Source: Botryllus schlosseri (Eukaryota). From it: a stretch of DNA of 64,000 nucleotides. The position numbers were made by a program, and so were the translations under genes. Below the pieces are notes generated by a model. The model did no database searches. It worked only from the letters and a program-made list of their open reading frames with translations, and was not told the DNA's origin. Positions 1 through 14,600 of this stretch are shown piece by piece. The stretch is taken from the NCBI GenBank assembly GCA_051294905.1, contig CM119377.1, forward strand, positions 8,680,001-8,744,000. Direction: 5' to 3'. Numbering within the stretch: position 1 is the first letter of the stretch; every line of letters begins with the position of its first letter.

Positions 1-52
1 CTGTAATCGTCGTAATCGATTACGATTACTAATCGCGATTACCCCATTTCTG
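1..52. mobile_element. Terminus of a (GTAATC)n-subterminal-repeat hAT-type element (rest lies outside the window)
   Basis: Reverse complement of the left end at 42497-42550; ends in accccatttctg, like the terminus at 44783. Confidence 0.75.
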
Positions 53-63
53 GTACTGATATA

Positions 64-578
64 TAGGGCTGGGCGTAATCGAGTACCTGGTTTATTCGAT
101 TCTGAATCACGTATTATGCTTCGAGTCGAGTATTCTCGAGTATCACTCATTATGACGTCACAACAAAATATAATATGTCAAAGTTCAAATATGTATCTTT
201 TGTGACAACACAAAGAATATAATGCCTGTTATCTATCACATTAAATATACTTTGGTATTTTTTCGACCCCACCAATTTCATTGCACTTTGTGACAATTTT
301 GTGGGAGGAGCATGACTTCAGAAATCTTCCGGTAACGTTCATAGCTTTGTATCATATGTTTTGTCGGCTGCGATTAGGTCAATCAAAGTCTCAAGGCTTC
401 CGCAGTGGAAAATAGTATCGAAACCATATTTCTCGGTGATAAAGTAACATTCAGTAGCGAGGAGCGTATAATTTCAGTAATCGAAAAAATCGTCGTTTGC
501 TACTCGACTTGATTCATTACAATAATTACTCGATTCAGATTCGAGTACTCGAATCATTGTGCGTTGTACCCAACCCTA
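64..578 (+). mobile_element. Non-autonomous hAT MITE (TAGGGCTGGG ends, tactcga subterminal repeats)
   Basis: TIR tagggctggg / cccaacccta; perfect 8-bp TSD ctgatata (56-63 and 579-586); homologous copy at 3877-4348. Confidence 0.88.
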
Positions 579-1095
579 CTGATATACTATCGGTGGTCGA
601 ACGATCAATCGATTGTCCCATAACAAATCCAAGAGATATTTTGACGATATAAAGGTGTAAATATAACCAATGGCCTTAATTATGATATCATAATACCGTC
701 CTACATAATGGAATATTATGAGTTTTTAAGCAATCTAATAATACTCTGTTGGCTTTTCACAAGTGTGCCCAAATTGTACTACGAAGGTGAATCGCGAATG
801 ATAGTTGGTCCCTCCAGTGTTCTATATATTTTAGTGCTTTGACGCTACCCGGTAATTATTCGTAAGTCCATGCTAGCAAACTATATTAGCAAACTATATG
901 AATTAAATTCGTTGTGTTACCGAGATGCGTGCTGACATGAAAATATCACAACTGCATTCGTATAATGACTTGATGAGTGGTTGATACCGGAAAATTAGTC
1001 AGTGTGTATGTTGTTTATGAATCCTCCTGTGGAAACATGAAATATATAGATTCCCGGGAGATGAAAAATTACCGTTCCTCATTCCTCAAGTCCAG

Positions 1096-3799
1096 ACTAG
1101 AGGTTCTGATGATGATGTCCAACAACATACGGTGTTTGCGGAAGAAGACGTTGCGGACAGCAAGACGGCTGAGAGAACTTGGATTGCAGAATAATGAAAT
1201 AACCAACGGAGGTTTGGAGAAAGGCGCTCTCAGGTCACTGAGACACTTGACAAACATTGACTTGAGCGGGAATAAATTAAAAGCCCTCCCTACTTTGCCC
1301 AGGCAAGTATATCAATGAATTTTGATCATGTTTATGAAAGCGGGATCTAATTACATTTCCCAATAATTATAGTCATCAGTCTGACAGTGCGAGACATCCC
1401 TTCAATCGGCTGTGGTTAATGCGATGTCACTGTAAATTTAAAAGATGTATGTCATCTCTCTTACAGGATACCTGTATGAATATGGAGAGTAATTCCCGCA
1501 CTTTTCGACACATTTACATTTATATATCTTTTCAAATGTGTTACAGAGGTTTATGAAGAAGTAATGTATTTAGTCAATACCAGTACGAAAAAGGAACTTG
1601 AAAGTCAATTCGAGACTTTGCTGTGCCCCATTTTTGGCAAGCGAAGGCAGCATATTGGAATGAATAATGGTGTTCATATATTTCCATCTCATGTGCTTGA
1701 ATGAATGCAAGAAATTAATATCACTTGTACTAATGTATTAGCGGACTCCCCGCTATTCCGTTTTTGTTGGCAAACAGTCATGCAGAAACTCACACGGTAG
1801 CTAAATTGTTTCAACTCTGTTCTAAGACAGCTGATATGGTGCTGTATGCTCTGTTATTAAGCATTTGCGGCATTCAAAGCCCTTTTAGTCTCGGGTTGTC
1901 AAAATATTTGTCATCATCCTTTCTTTGCATTATTAAGATCGAATCAATATACTCTGTTCAGGTCCGTTGAAACTGTGGTGCTTTCGGATAATCGGATTGT
2001 GAGAATACCGCTTAACTCTGTCGCGCGGTTGAAACGAGTTCGCGACTTGTTGTTAGATGGGAACCGGATCATGGAAATCGATGGAATCTTTGCCAATCTA
2101 ACATCTCTAAAAGTAAGAGAGGTCGTATGTGCTACGCCGCCCTTACTTACATCGATTGTATTGAAGATAATTGTGTTCATACACCAACTCAAGTAGAGAG
2201 GCAACTAAAAGGCCGCAGAGAGTGATTCCCAAAATTTTCTGCTTGCGACACACTAGCAAAATTATAAAACGCTCGTGACATGCTCAGTGAGCTCACAGAA
2301 GTAGTTACTGAAAAAATATTTTCACGTATTAATTGCGATGGATGTGCCTGTTTATACGAGCAGACATGACAGAAACGAGGCTGCATTTCTGACAAACATA
2401 CTCGTAGTCGCGTTTCGCCGTGATGAACGTATTCCTCTATATAATTACGCTTAGAATTTTGCTGCGGTGTATCTTTCTGCTTGGATCAAATGGGTGTGGT
2501 GTACTAGCTTATCAAAACACATTTCCATAAATTTGCTTGATATTTAGGATTATGCAGATTTGAATATATGACTGGCGGTACCACACTCATATATTGCTTT
2601 CAAGATACTACATTGATGCATTTGAATCTCCATTTATATGCTCTCCGTGGTAGTGTTAACTCTTGATATGGGGCAGACGAAAAGCTTTTGAGTTAATAAA
2701 TGATGCTACAATGAATGTAGTATTGATACGAATATTCAAGATTATACAAGCTGATGTCTCAGTACGAATACATAAGCAAGTCTTTACCTATCGAGAATTG
2801 AGGTTAGATTCCCCTGCCGTTAGCAGGAATAATGCGACGTACGAGCGGCCCGGACATTTAATTCCAACATAACTGCCCAATTATGACGACAATTATACGT
2901 TACTCTATCGGCAATGTCCTAATTGATTTCAGTGTTGAATGTGTTGATTTATCACTAATTGAAGCAGTTAGAGCGCATGGACAATTGTCTGGTTTCCTCA
3001 TTTTAGATATTTATTCTTTATACAGTTCTTTTTCGAAATCCCGAAAAGATTCTAGGCACACCTTAGAATCGGTGACTGTTTGGGAATATTTATTGCGCCG
3101 CTTGGTAATAAAATGTAATATAAATATAAATAATATCATGACCAACGTTCCACGCCACCAGTGCATATCGTCATACTTGACAGAGATCAGGTTTATTTTA
3201 GGCTGCACCGTCGCAGTGCTTTAATCATGACCATGAAGATACGATACATCATTTAAGCGAAGTTATACCAGTCTTCACCACCTTAATTTCTCCTGCGTGA
3301 TATTCCTGATCGCTGATCCCTATAAGCGGAAAGCTGCCGTTTTCAAGTCATTGGCCTGGGCCAGTCGAGGATTAAACCCACGACCAAGAAGCAGGACGTA
3401 ATCGCTCTAGTCTCTAGTTAGAGGCCCGATCCACTCTCAATTTGGCGTAATTCTGTTTACCTGTTATTTAACCGTTTGTATCGATGAAGCAATTGATTTT
3501 TCAGAGACTCGATCTGAGCTACAATCTGTTACGCAACCTTCCACAAGGTTTGCCTCCAAACCTCGAGTACCTCAACCTGAATCACAATAAATTGTTTGAG
3601 ATACGCGATGGGTCTTTCGATTCGACTCCAAATTTAAAAGGTAATCCTATTAGGATAGTCAGGAGCGTATGGTGGTCATGTATAAAACACATATCTAGAT
3701 CTTTTCCTCGATGAAAATAAATTCACTCAAGAGGCTGTCAACGCAAACGCATTCGCGGTGCTGAAGCATGGAAAGAATCTCACTATTGCTTGGAATTAG
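1096..3799 (+). CDS. PODN: Podocan-like small leucine-rich repeat protein (class V SLRP-like), 3' part; exons 1096-1302, 1962-2112, 3505-3640, 3699-3799; 5' exons upstream of the window or not found
   Basis: Four exons splice in compatible phases (2, 0, 1). They give continuous LRRs: RLEVLMMMSNNIRCL...LRELGLQNNEI...LTNIDLSGNKL...R/SVETVVLSDNRI...FANLTSLK/RLDLSYNLLRNLPQGLPPNLEYLNLNHNKLFEIRDGSFDSTPNLK/DLFLDENKFTQEAVNANAFAVLKHGKNLTIAWN*. The end closely resembles the vertebrate podocan C-terminus as I recall it (LEYLYLQNNKI..AFDSTPNLKGIFLRFNKL..AFRRLKHLQVLDIEGN). Orthology needs a tree. Confidence 0.8.
3290..3440 (-). mobile_element. Degenerate tRNA-derived SINE-like fragment
   Basis: B-box-like gggtttaatcct on the minus strand, followed by a body weakly resembling 55380-55500. 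Confidence 0.35.
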
Positions 3800-3876
3800 A
3801 TGAGATGAAAGCCCATCGGGTGTGGAGATTGGCATACTGTTATGAAGATATTGGTGTCAGTATTTACGACCTTTGT

Positions 3877-4348
3877 TAGGGCTGGGCAAAATCGAGTACC
3901 TGAGTGATTCGATTCGGAATCATGTACTATGCTTCGAGTCGAGTCGAGTATTCGAGTATCACTGATTATGACGTAATAGTACCTTAAGTACCATTTATGC
4001 CATCACAAATAATATATTGCCGGTTATCGTCACATTACTTATACTTTGGTATTATTTCAACTCTTATACCGATTTCCTTTCACTTTGTGACTTCGGAAAT
4101 GTGTTATTTCCAGTAACGTTCGTAGTTTGTACTATGTTTCGTATGCTGCGATACGGCCAATCAAGGTTTCCGGGCTTCCACAGTGAAATATAGTATCGAA
4201 ACCATAATTCTCGTCGATAAAATAACTTCCAGTGGCGAGGAGCGTATAATTTCAGTACTCGAAAAAATCGTCTTTTGCTACTCGACTCGAATCATTAAAA
4301 TAATTACTCGATTCAGATTGAGTACTCGAATCATTGTGCCCAGCCATA
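3877..4348 (+). mobile_element. Second copy of the TAGGGCTGGG hAT MITE, just 3' of the podocan-like stop
   Basis: Colinear similarity with 64-578; TIR tagggctggg / cccagccata; TSD not intact. Confidence 0.8.
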
Positions 4349-5622
4349 CCTTCGACCTTCAACTGAAGCAAATCTATTGATTGGGGGTTTGCCATCCTAT
4401 ACGTCACATCGCACCATATTCGTTTGTTGATAATTCATTTCTTAATACCGGCAACACACAACAATTTGCAAGTTTCCTGACTCAATGGATCCGACAGATC
4501 CCAGTTAGTAAATGAAGAACATTTTTCATATGACATATATTACTTTTGCAGTTTTATTTAATAAATGAATTGTCGATTTCTTCTATCGTTTAACACTAGA
4601 ACTAATTGCAAGAGAGGAAGAATGTCTTGAATTTGCATTACATTAGAGATTTAAAAATTCATGGTCACAGCCCATTCGACTACCCGTCTCGCTAGAAGTC
4701 GCAGCAAGACAGAAACAATAAGGCAAAACTCGGTCTGGACTTGCAATGTGCGAGACATAATGACGATATTGTAATGTTGATATTATAGTGAGACGTTCGG
4801 AGTACCAAACTGAAGAAGAATTGAATTGTGTATGCGCTGTCCCACTATGAATGAAATGCGAAGATATATTGACGTTGTTGGCATTGCTCTCGCAATATAT
4901 ATCCGGCTTGTTTTCCGCAACTGCATTTCTCTGCGACCATAGTATCTGCTGCGTCATTAGATAGATCATCTGTAACAGAGGTCTTGACCTATGTGCTCCC
5001 AAGTCGCAGTATCAACAATAGGGATATTCAATGTCTTTCAAGCAGGCAAGTTGGCTCAACTTGACGAGACCATGCGGAATGACATTCCACACCCACGTGA
5101 TGAAATGTGATTCACTATTACAATTGGGTTGTACTTGATTTCGAGGCAGTCGCTCGTGTTTAAGACGCCTGAACTGAACACACTTTATATCCCATCCGAT
5201 AAACTCTAATGGTAGAAGTGTTCGCTTGCAAACCAGAAGACTTCCGTGAAACAATCCATGGTTGTGTAAATGCAACGACCAGTAATATTAGGCGATGTGT
5301 TCAGTTCTATCACAGAAACGGAAGTAAGCAAGCTGATGATTACCATGAAAGAGATAAGGTATCAAGTGTTCTAGTGCTATATTGCTGCCGCTGTAACTCC
5401 AGTTTTAAGAACACGTAGAAAATCCCGTCCTACAGCAAATCGACTGTCTATTGGTCCGCGTTACCAGATTCCTTCGACCATACTCCAATGACTTTCAAAT
5501 TAAACACACCCAAACAAGAACGTGAACTCTCTTTCTACGAAAACCCATGATTACCAAAACGAAATCGCAAAATAGCAAAAGCAAAGAAATTGAAGAAACG
5601 AAACGCAAAATAATCAAATCAC

Positions 5623-8600
5623 TCAAAGCATGTACTCGAACTTAGAAATCTTACTTTGCACGTCGTCGAGACCCATGTTCGAATTAGGATTCACCGAAGC
5701 GACCGGGTATACCGCAGACGACGCCGGTGTGCTGCTGTGGTACCGATAAAACAAGTTCTGTCCGTCATGCGGCGAGTGCGAAATAGTCGGATACGGACTG
5801 CACACTCTCTCCTGCCTTGTCAAAAGCGGAGCGTACCCGCCTGACGATGTGGTCGGCAGCATATCTTCCGTTTCGTAAACAGTCTCCAAATGACTGCGCG
5901 GTAGCTCCCTGAAAGTTCTATCGTCTCTCAGAGACAAAGACCGCTGCAGCATAGGCGCAGTGTTTGTGGCGTACGCTGACGCGTGACACGTACTAGGAAT
6001 GCCGTACTCCGTAATCAGTGCCGGGCTGGAAGCGTGCGGACGGCTGTACTGCAAGCACGGGTTGGAATGCGGTCTGTCTGGAAGCAGTTTTCTGGGAAGG
6101 CTGTAAGCGTCGATGTCGCTTAAGTTCACGGCGTGCGAGGAATAGTGGCCGTACGAGGCGGCTCTGCGAAGGTGGCGCGACCGGTCATCGTGCGTGGTCG
6201 GTATTTGGTGGCGCGGGTCGTGGCCGTTCCTTGATGGATGCGACAGTGTCGCGTTTGCTTCGGGCCTCGCGGATGTGACCGTTTCCTCTGCAACGAAATA
6301 CCGGGATTTATGTATTTTGTTACCGCCACAGTTGGTTGGTGAAAGTGGTCAGCTTTGCTACTCAACTAGGACTTGAAGTATACCCATGCATTTCTGCTAA
6401 ATTACAATATTTACTCATAGAAACTACTTCAAGGGAAAGTGTAGGAAGTGAAAGGTCCGAAAAATTCTTTTCAAAGAAGTACTTTTAAAATGTAGATTTG
6501 ATCGATGATACGCAATACGCATGCTTTTAGTGGTTGATGACAGTTGCCTATACTATCGAAATAGCAACATGCATCTTCAGGATTAAGCCGAAATGGCTGA
6601 TTAATACATACACAAACACATACATCTTGGTGCCTAGTGTCGTATTCACCAAGTTCCCTAAAGCACAATTCACGCTTATATTCCGTGAAACATCCATTTT
6701 ATAATTCATAAATACAGTATTAATGTATCGCTTTCGTAATAATGATAGGTATCATATTTCTGATGCCAAATTCACGAAGTGTCGAATACACTGGTAACCA
6801 AAACAAAAGTCTAGCACGAAAGTGAGCCGTGCTACAAGTTGGCAGCTCGGGAATCATCGGCCAGGTGTAAAATGACAAATGTAAACGAAGCAGCAAGAAT
6901 GCTAACTCCACAGCAACGGTTATGTTGGTAATTTCATGAATCCACTACAGATCGTGATGAGATGTGTCAACAATTGCCCTGGAATCGGGAACTAAATATC
7001 GTTGAGTACATCACGATAGACCACTAGCAATGCACATACTCTTGTCTAGGCGGGTAACAGCCTCGGGTTGTACGTCAGAAAGACGAAACATCGCATTAGA
7101 CAAGGATATACCTTGAAACACTCACAACTTCGTTTCGGCTGAGATTTTTATGATCTGCATATCAGATTACATCAAAGAATTCCATTGTGTTCAGAATGAG
7201 AAAGGTATGCACTATGCATACATTGTATAGTTAACAGAAATATGAGATTTAAACTAGTTAATCAATTCCGCTTGATAGAGATCAATTCAATTGGCGATAA
7301 CACCCAGCCCACACACGTCAAGACGATAACGACAAACGCACCTCTATCCGGCATCCAGCACGCGTCGCCGTGCCCGTATTTCCTGCATTGTTCGCCGCAC
7401 TTGCGATTGGTCGCTTCGACTTTGGCCAGATACATCTGCGCCTTGGCGTCTTGCTCTTGCAAATCAGTTATGCTTTTCGGCGGGGGTACAGTAACGCTGT
7501 TTTGACCCGCGCAACCGCCGTCCAAATCGCTGTCGCCGCGTCCGCTGTCGCTGTCGGACTGCTGGGGGCATAACTGCGATTGAAATTGTTGGGTTAGGTC
7601 AGACTTGCCGTGTTAAGTGCGAGTGTACGAAAATGGAAAATTTGGCACTGGAACATACGAATGACAGGTAAAAAGATAGGTAGTGTACAAACAGTGTGCA
7701 AAATGCGCTGCAAACAAACATAGGAATTAGATTCGATATGCAGCTGGATATTGTTGCCGAAGACATCGTCATAAGTGGGACCGTACTTTGATACATACCG
7801 CTTTAGTTTGGTCTTCGGCAGTCGTTGGAATCGTGTCCCCTTTTGTGGTATTCCTGCGCGATAAAAAAGATTATAAGTCATCGTAATAAGCTTGAGGTTA
7901 CGGCAAATGCCAGATAACACGGTGTACGCCTTGATACTGTGGCTTGTTGACAATATAATCGTTTGAAAAGCAATACAGAGTAGACTATCTGACAAGCGGC
8001 AGGCGATTAGCTCGCCTTGATCGCCTGCGCGTCTACTGTGCGCCGTGACGCGTGAGACGGCAACGATAACAACCAAGACTCTCTTCACGGCGATATGCAG
8101 CGTCTGAAATGATCACGACAGACGAATTCTGGGTGATTATGTTGGCCCTGGATACTCTACTATAGTTCAAGCCGACATTCGCATCATACAATATTCAATC
8201 AATCAAGTTTATTAATCATCACAGTGAGATACTTTATCAGAGAAACAACATAAAAAGAAATGTTGATCAATGGACTGCAGTAAAGTTATCTGAAAATCAC
8301 GGTGTCAGCAGTAGCACCACTATAATAGCATGTTAAGTCGAGGCGAAACCATACGAATAAATATTTAGAAGCATTATACTCATATATTCAAATACATAAA
8401 TAAGTTCAGGCATCACTTTGAGAGGAGGAAATTAAAGATCACCTGTCAACATAATTTGATATATAAACAAAATAAATGTACAAAATCTAGTTGATCGGCC
8501 ACAAACACATAGTATATTTTCTTTGACGAAGGGGTGATAGGTTTCTAATGCTAAGTGAGATGGAGTTCTGCAGGGCTTTGAAGTAAATGAAAGTACGGCG

Positions 8601-11600
8601 TCCTCTATACAGACGGTGTGAGGTAGCAAGAAGTTAATGCAAAATGTTTGATAATATGGGGATTTTTGCAGGTGAGTTGTGTAAAATGTAATCAATTAGG
8701 GCGGTAGGAGCCTTCCTACGGTTAAACAGACACTTGATTCTCAAGTTAGTAATATAGATGCGCAATATGGTATAATTGTATAAGCTCATACGTGTCAAAA
8801 CGCAACAAATACGATTACTCTTACTTTTCGGATTGTACAGCATCCGCAGAGTGACAGCTGTGTGGTCGGAAGATATCGTAAGGTAGATTGTTGTCCTGGT
8901 ATTCGAACTTGGAGTCGATCAGTTCCTCACTTTGTTTCGAGTCAGCTGCCTTCAAGTCCCGGTCATTTTGTTCCTAAACACAGTTCAATTTGCATATTAG
9001 AGGTAGACAGACCATATGGTGTATGAGAATGACAAGTGTCCAGATATACCAGCTAATTTCACATAGTTGTCACAAATAATAAGATATCCGACAAATCTAA
9101 TACGGTAGTATGCATACTTGCATAGTCTTCTCGACAGGTGTTCCCTATACGACTTGTTTACCAAGTATACTGCGCGATGTAGTAACACACGATTACGACT
9201 TGCCACGCCTACCTTTATACGCCTGCAACGCACGAACGCCAAGACAGCGAACACAATCAGTAAGAAAGCCACGCCGCCCAGTAATATCGACATGAAGTAC
9301 GGGTCTTTGAATATGGAAGATTTCCTCAGGTGCGGCGGGGAATTTCCTTTCACGTCACTGGAATACAGGCTGACCAAGACTTTCACAAGAAGACGCGACC
9401 GCAGTGGCGATTTCCCTTTGTCCTCCGCCTGTAAGATGTGGTCGTGTTAAGTTTGACAATAACAGTTGATTAAAGTAGTCAGTGGTTCTCAAACAGGGGT
9501 CCGCGGTCCTTTTGAGGTCCGCGAGACAATTTTTCAGGACCGCGAAGCAAGTTCCAGCCCATCCACATGATACGGAAAAAACAAATCTCTGTAACACAAG
9601 ATTTTTAGGCGACTAATTTTTCAAGCCAAACTCTTAGATGACGCAAAATTTTATCGTTAGTTACATATCGTATAAGTAATTCGATGAAGAGTTATTGAGA
9701 AAATCAGCTACAACTGTCACATTGGCACCGCAAAATCCAACGTGTTGTTCTGTCCAGATTCTATAAGGAGCCACGAGTCAGTTAGAAATTTGCCAAGGGA
9801 CCATTTCGTGAATTTTGTTAAAAAGTTTCGAGAACCACTGTTTTAGCCGTTAATCCGAGGTGGTTACATTATAAATTGAAAGATTTATCAAACTGAATAA
9901 CACAAAATTATAAATGAGATATTAAATAGGCAAAATCTACGTAAAGAATATTCAGTTGCAGTGATACGGGGGCTATATCACGGGGTTCTTATGAAAGATT
10001 TACTTATAAAACATATACTTGAGGTAGCGGCACTTCGTTACCGATCACTTCTGCAAGAAGGTTCAACTTCCAAGGGCTAATCAAAACAACTGAGACAAAT
10101 TGGACGGTCCAAAGCACCTTGGTTACTTATACAATCGTTTCGGTTCGGTTGAACCGTGAATTATTATGGTAAAACATCAGGCAGGGCCTACGATATTCAT
10201 ATTGAATACCGTAGGCCCCGCATCAGGCGACGGAGTTACTCCAATAGCAGAGTGCAGTACGCCATGTCATTCTTTATGTCGACTCAAAGTCCAATTCTGG
10301 CCCCGTGATGAAATAAGACGAGAACAGTAAGACATAAATGGACAATTGTACAAGTACAGTAAAGTATTCATCATGTCACGCTGACTCGAATCCTCGCAAA
10401 ATAGATGCATTCGATTCAAGCATTCTTACCATTATTTCCAATTGATATTCCCCAGTTTTCTCAGTAACGTTTTCCGCGCTGATGTTGAGCTTCAGTTCGC
10501 CGCTCATTTGATTGATCATAAACAACTCTCTATAATCGTAGTAAGCTTGCTGGGTCCCGTCGGCCGCCGCAAGTCCCGCTTTACTTATGCTGAACGCGAT
10601 TTCTCCATTATTCCCGCTGTCGGTATCAATCGCCTGCAAGAGTCCATCAAATGATTTCGATTAGCCCGCAAATTTGGCGATCTGAAACATACCTTTATCG
10701 TGGAGATGCGGTCTCCCTGCGATAGGTAAGCATACAGCATGGAGCCGTTGGCGGTGGGGTTCACGAAGCGCGGTGCGTTGTCGTTGACGTCATTCGCGAT
10801 GATCGTGACGTCGGTGGTCGTTACTCGGGGAGGCGACCCGCCGTCAGTAGCCGAGACAGTGAGCTAAATATATTGTCTATGATTGAGAAGAATTCAAAGC
10901 GGATACGACAGACTGATTCTGCCAAGATTTATAGCGGGAAAAGATTTTCGGGATCAAAAGCCGTAGATGTCATTCAAGGTACCCCAGTGAGGTGCATATG
11001 TCTGCGAACAATTCTGATCAAGGCTTTTGTCGGGACAGTTAACTAAAATGATCAGTGCGCCTTGTGGCCCGGCCTGGATAAGCGGTTCTCAAACCGGGAG
11101 GCGTGAAAGCACCGGAAGAGGGCGCAAATGGCAAAGCCGCTGAGAATTTTTTCGCGCACCGCGCGATTTACCTACGATCATGGCCTACTTTTTAGTAGGC
11201 CATGCTCCGATTTTTAGTTATTGCTCATTGCTCATCAGTCTGTGTATGGTCCTAATTTCATATTTGAGAATTCTGTCATCAACAGTCATAAGCTTCCATG
11301 CCATCAAACTATCCGTTGGGATGCTAGCGTTCTGGTTGCATTTTGTGACATGACGATAAGGGGCGCCAAACGTGCCTAAAAAAGTTTGAGAAGTACTGGC
11401 CCAGTTAAACCTCCAACACCTGGGTATGTAGTGATTCTGAATAAATTCAGTTGCGTTTCCAGACAGTAATCATTTCATGGCGCTTTGAAACCATGCTGTT
11501 AGCCGGTCGCAAAAATGTCGTTTCCGTTAATATATGTAGCCTTGTGCTAAATATTGTGTATGTTACGATACGACCGGTCGAGGGTTTTAAGGCTCCCATT

Positions 11601-14600
11601 CAGGTTAGAAGGCTTAAAAGATATATTTCTCGCTGGCAAAAGCGTATAAGTTCGTTGCTCGAAAACCCCGCCTCAAAACATTACAACAGGTACTCGACCT
11701 GACTTTGCGTACTTGAATCGGCATAATTCTTGAGGGACATTATCTAATTTTCGGTACCGTGACGTGAAGCGGTTTCTGATTGAAGGTCAGTAGTAAGCCA
11801 GCTGCGCCAACTTTAGTGACATTCGCTGCCCTGTATACGCCCAGTCTCGTTTATGTACAGTTGTACACTGTACAGTGTACACTGCAGATACTTCCGCAAC
11901 AGGTACTGAAAGCGGCAAATATATTCCGCGCGTCTTTGACTCTGGCTGATGATAAGTTTCGTTTACCGTACAGAAGATAAGTCAACACGGACGATGTGCG
12001 TGCGCTATCCGCGTACTTGAAGTATCATTGCTAACGACGCCGAAGGAAGAGAGCAAATATAGCCGCGTTGATGAGTTTGCAGTGTAAACAATACCGGTGT
12101 CAACGCTACTGTGTGTACGAAATTTCATAGTATCTCCCCACAAGTACGACAAATATTACCAGCGAAAGCGTGGATCATGTTTTTAAACGCTTGGGACAGT
12201 GACTATGAAACAGACAACGAGATAATTCTATAGTTGCCTGATTCGGCTAAACAGAGCGAAATGCCGGTGAACCAATTTGTGAAATTTTCTTTGCTCCGAT
12301 TCTAATTTGAATCTAATTTGTGAAATGTCTTATGCTCCAATTTAAATTTTAATCTAATTCCTAGTTTTCCTGAAAATGCAACAGGGGAACCGTACAGTGC
12401 GAAACAAGCCAAGACTGTTGTACAGACATTTGCTATTCGCATGCTAACGGGAACGAAGTCTGATTTGATATGAACTATACCTGACTTAATTTCCAAGTTT
12501 TCGCGCATTCCGCAATTTTAGTTCTAATCTAATATTGAAAAAGATGCCTACTTTCAAGTCTAATTCAAGTCTAATTTGGAGAAAATGTGCAGCAATAAAT
12601 CTAATACTAATCTGATTCCGAAAAGGTGAAGATTTAGAAGTTGTTCGAATCTGCAATAAAATCAGCCGGTCATATAAAGGAACCTTTCCGAATAGCAACC
12701 CGTTGTTTATTCGTGTATCAATCATCGCGAAATGCCCGACTCACACCGTGGCAGATAACGTCACGGCGATTTCGTTATCCGCCACGAATGGGAGAAAGAA
12801 AACTTTGCATTTGCAATATGCATGACAGCCATGGCCGGCAAAGCTTTGAGAGTTCCAGGAGATTTCCCAGATAAGGATATAGTTGACAAAATGAGATATC
12901 GCAACGTCGACGCGTGAAGCTCGACGACCGTAAACAGCGATTCACGGCACGAGCGTGAATAAATAACAGCTTCCCGGTAATGATAACGATCGCGAACGCT
13001 TTCTCGGTGTTATTTTAAGCATCCGGCCTGCAATGTAGACATTGCGTTTTCGGAATGAGCACAAGTGGAACGCCGGTCCTGCTAAATCCCGAGGTTTTCC
13101 GCAAGGCAAGGCACGAATACACAACCGTATCCATGTGGTTCAGCTACCATAACTTGACACTTGGACTGTTAAACAGTACTACGCAATGTATTCTACTCAG
13201 TACCGAGATGAAAAGGAATAGTATAGAGAGCTCGATGAGCCTGACCGAATTTGGTGTAGATTTTGCAGGGGGGGATTAGGCGGTAACATCGCTCTTTCTA
13301 TATTTTAGAATGTATATTTAAAATTTTTAGCTATTATTCATTACAGGTTCAATGGGCACGCACAAACCAGAGATGGACGTGAATTCAGATTTCGGCGGGA
13401 TTCGAAAGTTCGAAGCTTGACTTTCGAACTGCCACACGTATTTCTTTAAAGTAATTCGAATCGCTACCAGAGGCAGTCAAATTCGTTTGCCTTGTTACTC
13501 AAGTATAGAAGTATAGCAAGTCCCAATACATGTCAAAACTACTTTCAGTGGAACTGGAAAATACAAAGACTGATATCTACTCAAATCGGTAGGAGGCGGC
13601 TACATCCGAAATTTGGAGATGGATCTTCGCGACTGATGACACTACAAATAGAGGTCCCATTATCGACAATATATTGGTAATTAGTTACTAGGAAACGGGG
13701 GATATTTCATGCGGTTCTTCTGACCATTTCCTCATAAAAGTGCTAAAAACTGATCACAAAACTATTCCTACTTTTCGACTCCAGAGTGAAAAAAGTCACC
13801 GGGAATGTGGCCTGTTTCGAGAACACGGAAAGAGAAATCCCTATTCCGCCTACCTTCCAGCTTTGTACTTCCTCCCTGTCGAGCGCGGACTTGATCCTGA
13901 TTCTCCCGTCGCGTTTTCCTATCGCGAAATGTCCACCTCCGCCCTTCTCAATGGCGTAAGTGACTTCTCCGTTTTTAGACGGGACGATGCGCTCGTCCTG
14001 AACGGAAGAATTTGGATAAAATCACGGACGGGTTACGTAATGTCGATGCAAAATGTGGTCGCGGAAGAGTCGCGGTATCGGCGAGACATTATGCAGTAAA
14101 ATCCAGAGGTGGTCAAGTGTTGTTTACAAGAATATGTAGCGTCGAGGTGATGATAGAGACCGTCTAAGGCTCTAAGTAGTCAGCGTTGCTAGTCGAGTAT
14201 AGACTTAGAACTAAGTCCGTAAGTTTATACTCAATTAGAAACGAAAGTTGCGATTTATAACACATTTCAAAACTGAAAGTATAAAAAGAAAGCCTTGAAA
14301 AGTACTCGAGTAGGTAGCTTCAAAGAGTAGACCTGGTTGGGGCGCGTGCTTTTATCGGTTAATCGAAGGTGGCTTACTTGCAAGATGCATTACGTTGGAA
14401 ACAAAAAATGGAATCGATTCATCACACTGAGCGATTACTTTTCATTATTATTGCAGCCGGATTTGCAATTGAATTTATGATGATTTACAAATCTCTTACG
14501 ACTTCCGGATAATTCATAGTCATCGCCTCGCAGGGACTTGGATTTCGACACGAAAGGAAACGCGGGCAAGGATTCTCAAATGCGGAACAAGATTCATGTT

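Noticed and set aside
5245-5285. NNPWLCKC, an LRR C-terminal cap-like motif downstream of the LRR gene
   Set aside because: It is flanked by in-frame stops with no usable splice sites, and the podocan-like gene already ends at 3799. Probably chance.
7990-8105. GC-rich exon-like stretch with an acceptor inside the protocadherin
   Set aside because: Exons 8973-8825 and 7853-7799 already join in phase 2, and there is no good phase-compatible donor for this stretch.
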